Positions 26,301-39,029 of a DNA stretch of 64,000 bases are shown piece by piece (positions within the stretch are counted from its first letter, which is position 1; each line of letters begins with the position of its first letter). This stretch comes from Antedon mediterranea (taxonomy: Eukaryota > Animalia > Echinodermata): contig NC_092673.1 of assembly GCF_964355755.1 (NCBI RefSeq), forward strand, positions 22,565,648 through 22,629,647. Reading direction: 5' to 3'. Under the pieces are notes generated by a model. The model was not told the DNA's origin. It made no database searches and saw nothing but the letters and a program-made list of their open reading frames with translations. Both the position numbers and the translations under genes were made by a program.

Positions 26301-28008
26301 ATATTTGAATGTGACCAACAAGTACCCTGATTTTAACCTGACTAAAAAGTAGCCTCAAACAGCCTCAACTACCAGCCGCTTCATCAATTATTATAGTATG
26401 TAGGCCTAATCGAAATTTTAAAACACATTTCTATGTAAATTTCAGACGTACAATAACGTTGTTTAAATAGAATTGTTGAAATTTAGTGTGGTGTCTACTG
26501 TTGTCTGTACATTGTTTTATATAGTGCCATTGTCTGCTTATGGCGCCAAACAAATTTGAGCTGAAACTAGATAAAAGTCCAATGCACTCATTATGTTGAA
26601 AAGCTAAGCACAAATTTTAGAAACTATTGTACATATTGTACAGTCATAGATAGAATATGAGGCATTGTTTATGTTTATCTTATAAAAAAGTACATTAGAA
26701 AATGTGATTTCCGTGATTAGTAACCCATGCTCGGTATTGTATCTATAAGTTGTACAGTATAGTATAATAGGCACATTTTGTGATACAGTGTAAATTTATC
26801 GCATGTAAGCCTTATCCAGCCTTAAATAATACAGGCATCACATGTGATATGTATGCTTCACTGTATTTCAGAATTCAATGGAGATACAGTAGGCCTACAT
26901 ATAATATGTTACAATATTCTGAATTGTGGAATTCTAAAATTTGTTACAGTTAATAGGGATGCGCAGAAGCTTATGTCTTCTTGTAATCTTTATTCTACAC
27001 AATCTGAGAGAATTTCAATAAAAATTAATTAACTTCTATTATTGACATATAGGCTATCCTTGGTAGTGAAGGTGAATCTTGTGTTGATTATCAGTGTTAT
27101 GTCCATTATTTACACAGAAACAAACATTTCTTGTCATTGTTTATGCTATAATGAGAAGTAGCAGATTTGCCTTTGGCAGAATCTATTGTGGAAACCTATC
27201 CAAATCAATAGCGTAGGTGTTTGGATATGTTTACGATTAAAGCTCCTGTATCATGTATCTTTAATTTATCGTTGTGAAAAAACAACTTAGGTAAGTTTTA
27301 ATTCAAATATGTTTGAAAGAAGACAAGTGAAAACATCCTAGCAAGCGCGTCCAAAAAATGTTAATTTGGTGGATTACGCGCGTGTAAACGTTGGGTTGAA
27401 CATGAAGATGTACTCAAGGACTTCTTATTTCGATTCATATCACGCGCTGTTTACCATTTGATTTGTATAATTATAGTAACAGCTGTCATTTTGTCAGATT
27501 GAACACTAATCTATTAATTCCCCTTAAATGTTTTCCAGAAAACGTATCCAGGTGATGATTCTAACTGCCATTCATTTTTGCTGCCATCTTTGCTTCTTGT
27601 TACATTGATCCCTTATATTACTCATCCCTTACTCGTCCCTTACTCGTCCCTTACTCGTCCCTTGTTTGTTGCATCTGTCGTCAAATAATCGCATATTCTG
27701 GTATGCAGAGTTTCCTGTCTTATAATGCCATGGAGAAATGATTATTCTATTCATCCGGTTGACATGTTTTTTTTTGTTTAAACAAAACACCACTATTTTA
27801 GTTTCCGATTCTTGCAAACGTTATGTTACAGACTTGCAAAAGTGCACATGCTCACTGCGCAATTGGCAACGCAATAACTAATGTCAACAGCAATTGTCCA
27901 ATATTTTGAGCATTATCTTACAATTTAACGTGAACCGGGAACAAAGTGCTATCGTAAATTACAATCAACAGCGTTAGGTTCAATTTGTTACTTAGCGTAG
28001 GACGGACC

Positions 28009-28959
28009 GCGATTTTTTTTTTCGTACATAAGTTGGGGACCCCTTCATGAAACGTCACAAAATAAACATGAATAATTCATCAGTTAAATTTTCTTGTTCC
28101 GTGTGCACCCAAGCGTATAGCAACAAGAAGTGATTACACAATACATTACAACTGCGACACGATTCTAGGCCTATCTCCGCTGTGGTTGCGGCGTGCGATT
28201 TCATAGAAGAATAGCGTCGTTTTGTGTGGATTGTCGAAATAATCAGCCTTTGGTTTATGGTGTTTTTAATATAATTTATTAATAAAAAATTACGTGTTAA
28301 AATTATAGTTTCTATTAATACTATTAGGCCTAATTATTAGTCTCTAAACCCATTTCTATTCTACTAGTAGTAGTAGCTGTGTGGTGTGTGTGACGTGTGT
28401 GTGTTAGGTATGACACAGTCCCAGTAATAAGTCAGCAAAATTAAATTAAACAATAAACATTACACAAAAATACATTTTTTATTCTCGTGAGTCTAATCTT
28501 CCCATCTCATGTGTTCATATTATACGCGCATTTTTAAAGTTCCTTTGAGTACATGCATATTGTTTGATAATAAAATAGCAGAATTAAAAAATTACAGTAC
28601 ACAAATTATATACATTTTTTATTCTTGTGGGTCTAAGCTTTCTTTGGGCTATGTCCAATTAACTACAGTACTTAGTTTAATATCTTGCCTAGCTGTCGAT
28701 TAGCCTCGACACATTTTGCATAGTGGTGTGTGTGTGTGAAGATTAAGAAGAGTGCGGGAAGGCAATCACGTGAATTGACCTAGAATCCTAGGCCTACTGT
28801 AGAAAGAATTGTATCGCAGTTTAGTTGTGCGTGTAATCACTTCTTGTTGCTATACGCTTGGGTGCACACGGAACAACAAATTTAACTGATGAATTATTCA
28901 TGTTTATTTTGTGACGTTTCATGAGGGGTCCTCAACTTATGTACGAAAAAAAAAATCGC
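28009..28959. mobile_element. Mutator (MULE)-type non-autonomous element
   Basis: About 130-bp near-perfect TIRs (GCGATTTTTTTTTTCGTACATAAGTTG...GAAGTGATTACAC), G..C termini, and a perfect 9-bp TSD GGACGGACC at 28000-28008 and 28960-28968. Confidence 0.8.
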
Positions 28960-29859
28960 GGACGGACCATATTCTACTTGCTAATTTTAGTTCTGAAATT
29001 AGTTTGTTTGTGTTATCAATTTCCTTTCTTTTATCAATGGATATCATTTAGAACAAGACAACCTGCCTTAGGTTGGAATGGCGAGTTTCATGCATCTTGA
29101 CTACAATTTATAGTAATGTAATCATATACTAGGCCTACTTAATAAATATGCCTATCAAAATAACAATTTACTTTTAATAAAATAGCCGTTATAATAGGCT
29201 CTCCAACATTTTTATTTTTAGAGAATGAATACTTATAGGCCTTACGGCGAAGCTGAAATGATGCCTGGAAAAGCAATCCCGTTCCTCATCAAGCATAATA
29301 CTTTTTTACCACATATACTGTTCTAAATAAATACTAATAGTACAAAAAGTAAAAGTTCCACAAAAAAATACCTGGCGTTTGGTAGAAAATTACCGTTAAA
29401 GTTGGTAAATATGCTAACGATTTCTTACGAAATAGCGAGGCTGAAACAACTGGTGGCGCACTATAACTAGACTGTACTATTATTATCACGGTTTATAAGA
29501 AATATATAGGCAAGTTATTTATTATCAAAATAGATTTATTCTTTATTTTTTTAAATAAATTTGGTGAATACAAATTTATATTAACTCTAAAATTGAAATT
29601 TAGAGTTAATAATTATCCCCCGACATTAAAACATTTATAATTACAAATGGCTTCAACTGTTCGTATAATGGTTTCTCCCGACAGGTAGGCTATTAATAGC
29701 AGTAGAAATACAGCAGCAATATTACATAGTGACTGATATGATTTAACTGTGAAACATATAGAACACATATTCCTAGTAATAAACACCAATGCAATAGTAA
29801 ATTTAAATTATTAAATAAAATACAAACATCAAATATTTGTTTTGTTTCAATGTAATTGT

Positions 29860-30190
29860 ATTTATTCTCATGGTTAATATTTTTCTTTATATTCTCATGG
29901 TTACACAATTTCTTTTAATGGTTACACAATTTCTATTTTTCTTTATATTCTCATGGTTACAGTTTTTATTATTATATTCTCGTGGTTAAATTATTTATTT
30001 ATATTCTCATGGTTACAGTTTTTATTATTATATTCTCGTGGTTACATTATTTATTTATATTCTCATGGTTACAGTTTTTATTATTATATTCTCATGGTTA
30101 CATTATTTATTTATATTCTCATGGTTACAGTTTTTATTATTATATTCTCATGGTTATATTATTTATTTATATTCTCATGGTTTCCATTTT
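29860..30190. repeat. AT-rich 27-30 bp tandem repeat (TATATTCTCATGGTTACA...) inside the Academ element
   Basis: Alternating ...GGTTACAGTTTTTATTAT and ...GGTTACATTATTTATT units. Confidence 0.85.
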
Positions 30191-30329
30191 GTTTTCATTT
30201 TTTTTAAATCTTTTTTTTTATTCACATGCTCACAGTTTCTGTTTGCATAACCATGGTTAGTGTTTCATCACATTGGTTATAGTGTAGGCCTATTACATTA
30301 CAGTTACTTTTTATGATGATTTTGTTGCA

Positions 30330-33170
30330 TTCAAAACCGTATAAACAATATATTTCATATTCATCTTCCTTATAGTCTAATTCATCATCTTCAATGCCAT
30401 AGTCTGGTGTGTCTTCTTTTTCTTCTTCTTCTTCTCTTGTCCTGTTTTCACACTCATCTCATTCACACTCGAACAGTTAATCTTAGAGCAAGTGACTTTG
30501 GAGTCTGCCTTCTTCCTTTCCAAGCAAGGTACAGGATGTCCTGGCATATCGATAAAATTTTCGTTCGAGTTTCTTCAGTAACATCTGAAAATGAGGTTTG
30601 TATAGTATCTTCTGCAGCACCAACACACTTTGCGATTAGAGTAAACAACTCATATGGCACAATTTCAGATATGTCAACATCATTAATGTCCGCTGCTCTT
30701 GGAGGCCATTCACTCTGCATACCTTTGTTGGATTTGATGGCATTATTTACTATCGTACCTGCAAGTACATTTTATAGCATTGGGTGAATGAAACATAGTA
30801 ATAATAAATTTATATAAAGCATATACTGTATTGTGTACAGCATTTATGATCGACACCACTTACTATCATAACAGTTTTGTTTTTTGAGTGCATACAGCTT
30901 TCACCTCTTTGATCCACAGCATTTCCTTAATTATGCAATAACATTTATTGTTGTTATTTAAAAATAAACCAATATATACAAGTTATTGTATTTTAACCGT
31001 ACCTGCAAAATATAGAGTCCTTAGTTTGTCTCTATTGTCACCATCAGTGGAGATTTCGTGTGTTGTAGAAGTAGTTGGAATATCTATGTCATACTTTGAT
31101 GATTCATCTGTCTCTGTTGTACTTTTTCCTGATGACAAAAATGGATCAGCCACAAATCCAGGGGATACATTGCTAAAGTACACCAGAACTGATTCATTTC
31201 TAATTAAGAAAAAATAAATAAAATATTTAGTTTGACCAATCCACAAAAAAATTTTTTTTTAAATTATCCCTGGTGAAAAAATCATTTAATATAAACACAC
31301 TAAGCAACTAACCTTCTTGTGGGTGAATGGAAAATTAGGTTAGGATAATCCATCCTGAGCTTCTTCTTCAACACGTCTGATCTATAAATAACACATTAAT
31401 TGATTATAATTAATTGTAACACAGAAACAATGAAGAAATTATTACAGTAACTGGATCTCAAAATTATTTCATCGTTTTTAAGAAGGGATCGACAGCCTAC
31501 CTTATAGTTGACAAGTAAACTTTTTCTGTTTTTTCAATTGATTTCATGAAAAGCTTTTGGAGTTTTGCGAGTCTTAGTATCTCCTGTCCATACTGTAACC
31601 GTTTATCAATTACATCTCTGCAAAATACCTTATAGCTTTGCTTATATGTTAAAAAAACACTTTCCAATTCCCTGTAAATAATAATAAATACTGTATTATT
31701 AAAATATATTTTAATATTTTATAGATTTTGGTGTTTAAAAATTCAACATTTAGACTGAAGCAAATAAAAAAAAAATTAAAAATGTAAATTAAAAAAACCA
31801 ACAGAGTTTTAGAAAGTTACGTTTTACTCACTTTCCAGAATCATGTCGTTTACGTGAATTAACAACTATTTTGGTGTAGTTTTTGTAACATTGGTCATGA
31901 TATCGCACTTCAATACAAGCACAGCTTTTGCCTCGAATGTCTTTTAAAATACTTTCGTCCTCTCTCATTTCTGCAGCTTTTCGCAACATTCCTGTCATAA
32001 ATCAAATCAACAAAAGCAATAGTGTGTAATTCCTAAATGATATTTTGTTATGCATAACTACAGCATGGAGATATAAAATGTATAGCTCCATGATTACACT
32101 ATATAGCAAAGGTTCACATGGAAGAAATGTCCTGGAACACCTCATTATGCTGTACAGTAGGAAGCTTTTCTAATTGGATTACATCAGTTGAGCCTGCAAA
32201 ACTCATTATAGGATGGGGATTAGAAAGCAGATTGATTAATTAACCATATGTTTACAAATTTCAAGGATAGGAGAAACAACAATAACAACTGAATTTTTTT
32301 TCTTCAAATAATTACCTGCATCATCTGTTAAAGCCTTTCTTAATTTATCATGACCTCTTTTGCCTTGGATCGTCACTAATTTGTCTTGCAATTTACAAAT
32401 GATACATTTCTTTGGCAAAATAGTGGCTTTTTGAACCATTGCTGTGGCTGAACTACTTCTCAAAAAATGCTTGGCCCTCTTAACTGGTGGCTCATCTGGG
32501 CTCTCACTGTCTCCTGCTTGGGATCTCTTTTTGGCAACTCTTGTTTCAGCCTAAACATCAATTTCAACGTATAATTAATTTATACAGCATTTTATTTTGT
32601 CTTATATAGAGCCTATATTGGTATTTAACTAAAATTAATTTTGTAGCCTACTGAATAATATATACTGTATAATATAATATGGCCTAGGCCTACGTAGTAG
32701 TACTGGTACTACAGAGTAGAAAGCCCAATCAACAACCAAGCACAGAAACTAAGGGCACAATATATAGATCTATAAGTAAGTGCAGTAGCACCCTATATAC
32801 TGTATCATTTAACTATATTATTAACTCTTAGAGTATTCTGATAATAATCGAAACCAAATATTACCTTTTTTAGTCGAGATGTATCAGTATATCGCCTGTA
32901 ACAGGTAGCATGAAAACCTAAGCCTGGATGCTCGCGTACGACATCGTCAAACGATTTACCTTCATCAGACATACCAAGCTCCGTCAAATGTATGGCGATT
33001 TCCTTGCCGTCTCCATCTAATTTTATCCAACTCTTTGAACAGAGCAACACTTTTTTCCATCGAATCTCAGTAATTGGACTGATAATTTCATTTGAATGCT
33101 TGTAAATTTGGAAAAAACATTTCAACTTTACTTTGTCTGAGCGAGAAGATCCTTCCTCGTCGGACGCCAT
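30330..33170 (-). pseudogene. Truncated multi-exon Academ transposase gene
   Basis: Exons 33170-32865, 32550-32316, 31991-31832, 31671-31501, about 31382-31313, about 31199-31002 and about 30760-30465. Motifs FHATCYRRYT, CIICK, IEVRYHDQCYKNYT, LKKKLRMDYPNLIFHSP, SICQDILY...TPKSLALRLTV. The sequence then jumps to an acidic tail (DECENRTREEEEEKEDTPDYGIEDDE); the DDE core is absent. Confidence 0.75.
32057..32099. mobile_element. Older P-type footprint in an Academ intron
   Basis: ACTACAG|CATGGAGATATAAAATGTATAGCTCCATG|ATTACAC, with 2 mismatches in the TSD. Confidence 0.5.
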
Positions 33171-33599
33171 TTCGTGTTTACATCGTGGTGATTTTGACGT
33201 CTGCTGCCTAAACGTCGCGTATGATTGGTTTAACTGATGTCATGTGATACAAAATGGCAACTGCGAAAATATATTCTTTTAAACTTTTAAAATCAAGATT
33301 TCTTTAAAATGTCAGGAAAATTTTCGTGGAACTTTTTAATACGTGATTAATTTATTTTTATGTATATGAATCAAGAGAGTTCACTTATTATGCTTAATGA
33401 GGAACAAGAAAAAATGTTTTCATCTTCACCGTAAGGCCTATTAGGCTTATTTTTGCAATTCCATTCTGTTTGGAATATACCTTTTGACGTTCCATAATCA
33501 CAAAATAATTGTATGTCCACGCTACACTATTCAACGATAATCAATTTCAATTAAAAATTTCAATTCAACACATTTTATTTTTTAAGGCGAGAAACAATA

Positions 33600-33890
33600 C
33601 ATCTTTATGCATGGATTCGAGTCAATCTCTACCATACTTATTGCTTTACTCTTTACTGTCATTGCCTCGTCCTTCGGATGGGATGTAAAGCCGTTGGTTC
33701 TGTGTACATAGTGCACGTTAGAGAACTTGGTACACTATTCGAAAAGAGTAGGTAGGGGATCGCCCGGTGTGCTGATCTGGAGGCAGCGCTGCACTGCTGG
33801 CTACCGTGGAGGGGCTAATCCGAATTTCCTCAGTTTCCAATTAAGTTTGAGGACCAGAATAAATACATTTAACATTTTAACATTTATCTT
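33600..33890 (+). mobile_element. SINE with a Deu/Nin-type core and L2-like tail (second family)
   Basis: B-box-like GGATTCGAGTC; core GTCCTTCGGATGGGATGTAAAGCCGTTGG...CACTATTCGAAAAGAGTAGG...CCCGGTGT; 3' end AATAAATACATTTAACATTTTAACATTT. Confidence 0.7.
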
Positions 33891-34527
33891 TAACGTGTGT
33901 TTGAAAATTCATTCTATTTGGAATATCCTCTATTACGTCCATGTTTTCTCTTCGGATACTATGTCAACACATTAATCTTGTAAAAATATCTGATTCACAG
34001 ATAATCGTTATTTCGATCAATTAACCTTTACATTGAACCTTTGCCAGAGGCGATCAACTTCTGATGGATCTTAGAAAGCAAATATTATTTCTAAACCAAT
34101 AATGGAACGCTAAAAACGAACACGGGAGATATGTAAATTTAATAACAAAAGAATGTAGCTCAATTCTTTTCAATTTTGCAGTTGGTTATGCATACAATAA
34201 CACCTAATGTTCAAGCCCGTGAATCGCCTTAATATTCGTAAAAAGAAAAGCATTTGGCACACTTATTTGGCATGCACTTTCGTTAGAATCGCCTAGTTAC
34301 GAACAAAAAAACAGACTCGTGATCGCTTAATTGTTCATAATGGTTTACGCAATATTCCACCAAATTCTTCTCAACGAATTCTGATCACAGGTAATGATGT
34401 ATAAAACTGAAGGGTATTTAAAAAGGTTTATAAAGGCCTGTATGCCAATATATTATTCCGGTTGTGACACAGAGCACCAATTTCCAATAGTTGAAATATT
34501 TTAGGAGACTCATGCAAACAACTAAAA

Positions 34528-34762
34528 AGCCTAGTCTACACTACAAACACCAGCAAACAAGTCATTGTACCTGCTGTCTAGGCTGCTGTCTAAACTCTAG
34601 CAACTTCAAACTCTTGATTGAACATGAATCACTCTTACCTGGCTTAACTTTGCAAACTAGATTTGTTTTCTGCAGTTTGCCGAAGTCTGTAAACTGGCCT
34701 ACACTAGCAAAACTTTGGAAAACACCGAGTTTGCAAACGAAAGTTTGCCAGTGTACTAGGCT
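34528..34762. mobile_element. MITE (AGCCTAGTCTACACT...AGTGTACTAGGCT) flanked by ~35-bp imperfect direct repeats
   Basis: TIRs, with flanks 34493-34527 and 34763-34797. Confidence 0.5.
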
Positions 34763-36257
34763 GAAACATTTCAGAAGACTCATGCAGCAAACTAAAACTA
34801 GTTTCCGTAGTTTTGGAAAAATGATAGTTGCAGTCATATGAAGAAATGTTTAGTCTCAAGTAACCAACTTTTGAATACCAAAGAGTTGCAGACAGACACC
34901 ACAAACCTCTTAAAACGGTGGCAAAAAAAAATTTTGATAACAGTTTTCATTGTTTGATTTTCATCCCTAGATAGGATCCACTGGAGGCTGTTTGTCACAT
35001 GACTACAAAACGTTTACATTGGATTCACGGACTTCACAAACCACTGGAAGATGCACGACCTATATTTATTTAATTGTATTACTATTAAGTGTTTCGTTTA
35101 TTACCATACAATACAAAGAATATAACAATACATATTGTATTATGCACCTAATTGTAATAGATGCAAATTGACTGAAAATTGATGTTGGTTGAACAAACTG
35201 CAGAAATAAAATTCTAAGTGTGTGTTTTCAGAAATCCTCTCTAATACTTTGAAATTAAAAAGTAAGGATGTTCATAAATCAATGTCTATATGTCTGATCT
35301 CCATATCTGTTAACATTTAATTTCATTATAAGTGGATGCGGAAAAATGTCAATGACATTTCATTTAATTTCAAAAATATATCTATCTGGTTTTTTTGTTT
35401 GATTACATAATACTGTATTAATCATTTTCGTACGTGTCAGTATGTCAGTAATTGTACAAAACTCTGTTAGTAGCCCTACGGTGACCTATGGTCACACAGT
35501 CACACACACAGTGTTAGATTGTCACTCACTGTGTTGACGGTAGTAGTTTAGCATATCGTAAGCTATTGGAAATTAAAAATAAACCAAAACTAACAGAAGC
35601 ACGTAGATTACAATTTAAAACCCATCGATCAAGTCCATCCCTACAGTTAAGCCTATCAGTTGAGTCCGCTTTAGAATCCGTTTCATTCATCAAATGTCCT
35701 ATCACGAGAAGCAGGCCTATCGAAAGCATAGAATTTTCACATTGACAACCATAGATATTTTTACATGCTTTAATTTATCGGAAGTCAATACAGTCAACAT
35801 TCGGATCAGCCTAAATCCGTTCTATCTGCTTTTTTTAACAGTAAGGGAGTGTAAACCGTATGTCAGAAAAGTATAATTAATTCATTGAGAAGGTTTACTC
35901 TACAGAAACTGTACTCATTAAGGACATTTCAGGGTGTTTTATGTCGTATAAATTCAAAATGATCCATGTCTGCAAACCTAAACGGTAATTGAGGCAAATA
36001 ATGAGGCAATTTGGTTAAGAAATAATTATTTTGTTGTTGTCTGATTTAAACTTGTTAAACAGGGTTCAAGTCTCTCACACAATTTGTTTATTTAAATGTG
36101 TTAAGCTTATTTATAGTATAGAGCTAACGTTTATGATGGGATTGACGAGAGTGAGGAGATACTCCAGACGGCAAAGATACATATTATAATGACAAGATAC
36201 TGAAATAAAGGGAATAAAGAGAATAACAAAACAAATGTCAAGAGATTCTTTTACTTT

Positions 36258-36658
36258 TACTGTAAAAAAAGTGTTTAGATATTAAACACGTATTTTGTAA
36301 ACACTTTTCCACACATTTACCCTTAAACATGTTTAGATACGAACATGTTTAGGTTCTAAATACATTCTAAACATGTAGTCTGTATCCAACTCAACACATC
36401 AGTGACGTGTTGATTGTTAAACATGAGGTTTTTTAAACGTGTTTAATTCGCCATATGTGGAGCTCATGCGGGGAGCTTTTTTCCGCCACAGTAAAATCGT
36501 ATGCACCTAAACATGTTAACTGAACATAATAGTGTCATGATGACTGCTAAATGAGTGGATAAAAACATGTAGCTATAAACACGTTTAGATTTTAAACTAA
36601 GACATGTAACTACGTGTTTATAAGCTTGTGTTGAAAAAAAAACACTATTTTTACAGCG
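36258..36658. mobile_element. Non-autonomous element with CACTGTAAAAA-type termini (CMC/EnSpm- or Transib-like)
   Basis: TACTGTAAAAAAAGTGTTT ... AAACACTATTTTTACAGCG, with internal AACATGTTT/AACACGTTT motifs. Confidence 0.5.
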
Positions 36659-37941
36659 TGGTGTTCCTATTCTTAGTAAACCTTACTATACTTCATAGTC
36701 TGTTATATTCTGGTATCTTGTGTAAATCGAAAAATAAAAAATGAAAAGACAGTCAAACGTATTTTTCAATTAACATAAGTAGTAATCTACACCCCCATGT
36801 ATAAATCGTATCAATCTTGCAGTGTAAAGTTACAAACTATTATGCAGACTAAATTCTATATTATATTTTATAAATCAACCAACAAAATGCACTCTATGTT
36901 GCCAAAAGACCAACATGTACCAATACAGATATTCCAATATGTAATTTAATAGGAAAAAAAGTTCAACATTTACAACCTTACCAAATTGTTTTATTTAATA
37001 AAGGTTTTGAAAGAAACAAAAAGTACATTGGCCAGTAAAGAAGGGGAAGTATTTGAGTCTATAAGTTATCTGGAATTAGTTTAAGGGGCATCACTATTAA
37101 AGATCCTACTGTATAATGACAATGTAAACCTTTTGTGCCGAAAGCGTTCAGATTCAGTGAACCATATAAATGAGAATTAAATTTGCGTCTGCATTGAATT
37201 GAACATTACTTTTGTATACAAATGTTATACTGCTACTGTGATTAGGCCTATGTGGTAATGTTGTTATATTCCCCTATATTATTCTTTACCTTTAACTATA
37301 TCATAAAATAATGATTCACATTCAACGTGATTAGCTTCTAGTACACGTGTATTTATTAAGTCCAGCGATGATATAAGAAAGGCAAATTCACATGAGAATT
37401 GAGTCGTATCGTATGTTTTATAGTGTAATTATATCACTTTGGTATACATTGTTCGAATTCAATCCTATCAGAGGATTTCGATAGAAAACCTTTTACCAAC
37501 TATTTGAGAAGACACATGAATAATGATTAAATGATTTCTTTTCATAAATAAATATCGGTCTATAAAAAAAACCACGACGAAAAAATGAATCAATCAAGGC
37601 TTTAAATTGGATTAGCAATATTGAACACATCTTGTTGTAGGCGCTACGTCAATCGAGACCATTGGTGATTAAAATGAAAGGAACATACAGTAGCGTTTTA
37701 TTGTGAGTAAAAAACAAACAACAATTTGATATCCTACAGTGAATTTTCCACTTTTAATGAATATTTAATCGAGAAGCGATGCGAGTAAGACGTGTCGAAT
37801 AATCGCTCCTGGAAATCAAACATTTCACGTGTCACACCAGCTGAATGCATTGTTACACATAGTCGCAACCTACGTTTACTATTGTTCATTTACCTCAAGG
37901 AATTTTGTTTACTCGATTTCAGTGTTTTATTTGCCCGCAAC

Positions 37942-38766
37942 ATGGGCGGTGGTAAGCCAAAGGGAGGACAGAGGGACGATTCGCCTGCAGCCAGGCCACG
38001 TCGTAACAAAAAAGAGGCTGAAGGAAAAGGCATCCCTTGCCTTGAAGATAAGTTAGATAAGTCCAATTGCGACATAGACTCTAAGGAAATCGCTGGCATT
38101 ATCCAATCTGAATTGAAACTCTTATTTGATGGCAAATCGGACATATTGGATAACTTAGCGAAACAAATAACATCGATGATCAAGGACCAACTGGCTGAGC
38201 ATATTATGCAAATTGTTAGTAAAGCCACTATGGATGCTCTTAGATTTGAACTTGACGAGTCGAATGATCGCATGAAGAAAATGGAACAGGAAATCGAGGA
38301 CATTAGGGAATCACTGGATGAAAGTGAACAATATTCCAGGAGGAACTGTTTGGTGATACACGGACTGGAAGAGAAAGTAGGTGAGAATACCGATAATATT
38401 GTTACACAATTATTTAGTTCTAAGATGAACCTTACGGTGAATCATAATGACATTGATAGGAGTCACAGACTAGGCCCCAAGAAACCAAGTAACGGCAAGC
38501 CCCGGGGAGTTATTGTGAAGTTCGCTCAATACAATAAAAGAAATGAAGTTTATAAAGCAAAAAGAAAACTGAAAGGTACCGATACCTTTATACACGAGAA
38601 CCTAACAATGAAAAGGATGAAATTGTTAAGAACCATCAAAACCCAGCATAATTCCGCCTTGACCGCAGTCTGGACCCAAGATGGACGCATACATGTACTA
38701 ACTAAGAATAATAAGAAGATTGTCGTAACAAAATTTTCCGATCTCAACAAACTGCATTCCACCTAA
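37942..38766 (+). CDS. LINE ORF1p (coiled coil plus L1-type RRM/CTD)
   Basis: ATG at 37942; motifs EQYSRRNCLVIHGLEE, DIDRSHRLG, PRGVIVKF, FIHENLT, WTQDGRI. Confidence 0.9.
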   Translation: MGGGKPKGGQRDDSPAARPRRNKKEAEGKGIPCLEDKLDKSNCDIDSKEIAGIIQSELKLLFDGKSDILDNLAKQITSMIKDQLAEHIMQIVSKATMDALRFELDESNDRMKKMEQEIEDIRESLDESEQYSRRNCLVIHGLEEKVGENTDNIVTQLFSSKMNLTVNHNDIDRSHRLGPKKPSNGKPRGVIVKFAQYNKRNEVYKAKRKLKGTDTFIHENLTMKRMKLLRTIKTQHNSALTAVWTQDGRIHVLTKNNKKIVVTKFSDLNKLHST

Positions 38767-39029
38767 TTCACCGTGTGGTAGTACATTAAATGTGAAATTG
38801 TGAGATTTCTTGTTTTTGCCCTGAAACCAGAATTTTAACTATTGTATACATTATAGACTGCATTAACTGTTTGGTGTGTGTGCTTTATTGTGATTCTTTT
38901 TATTGTAAATTGTGTTTTTTTTTTTTATTGTATTGCTAACCTGCCGGTTTTTAGTCATTTATTTGAACGCCATTTTGCTTAACAGCTTTGGTGAATTGAT
39001 TGTATTTTGTTCTTTTCCAATACTACTTT

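Larger units (their letters stand above)
29236..33440 (-). mobile_element. Academ DNA transposon, internally deleted
   Basis: TIRs TAGGCCTTACGGCGAAGCTGAAA / TAGGCCTTACGGTGAAGATGAAA, TAG..CTA termini, 3-bp TSD TTA (29233-35 and 33441-43). It encodes a spliced Academ-like N-terminal region. Confidence 0.85.

Noticed and set aside
29953-30260. Hydrophobic ORFs resembling membrane proteins
   Set aside because: Translations of the AT-rich tandem repeat inside the Academ element.
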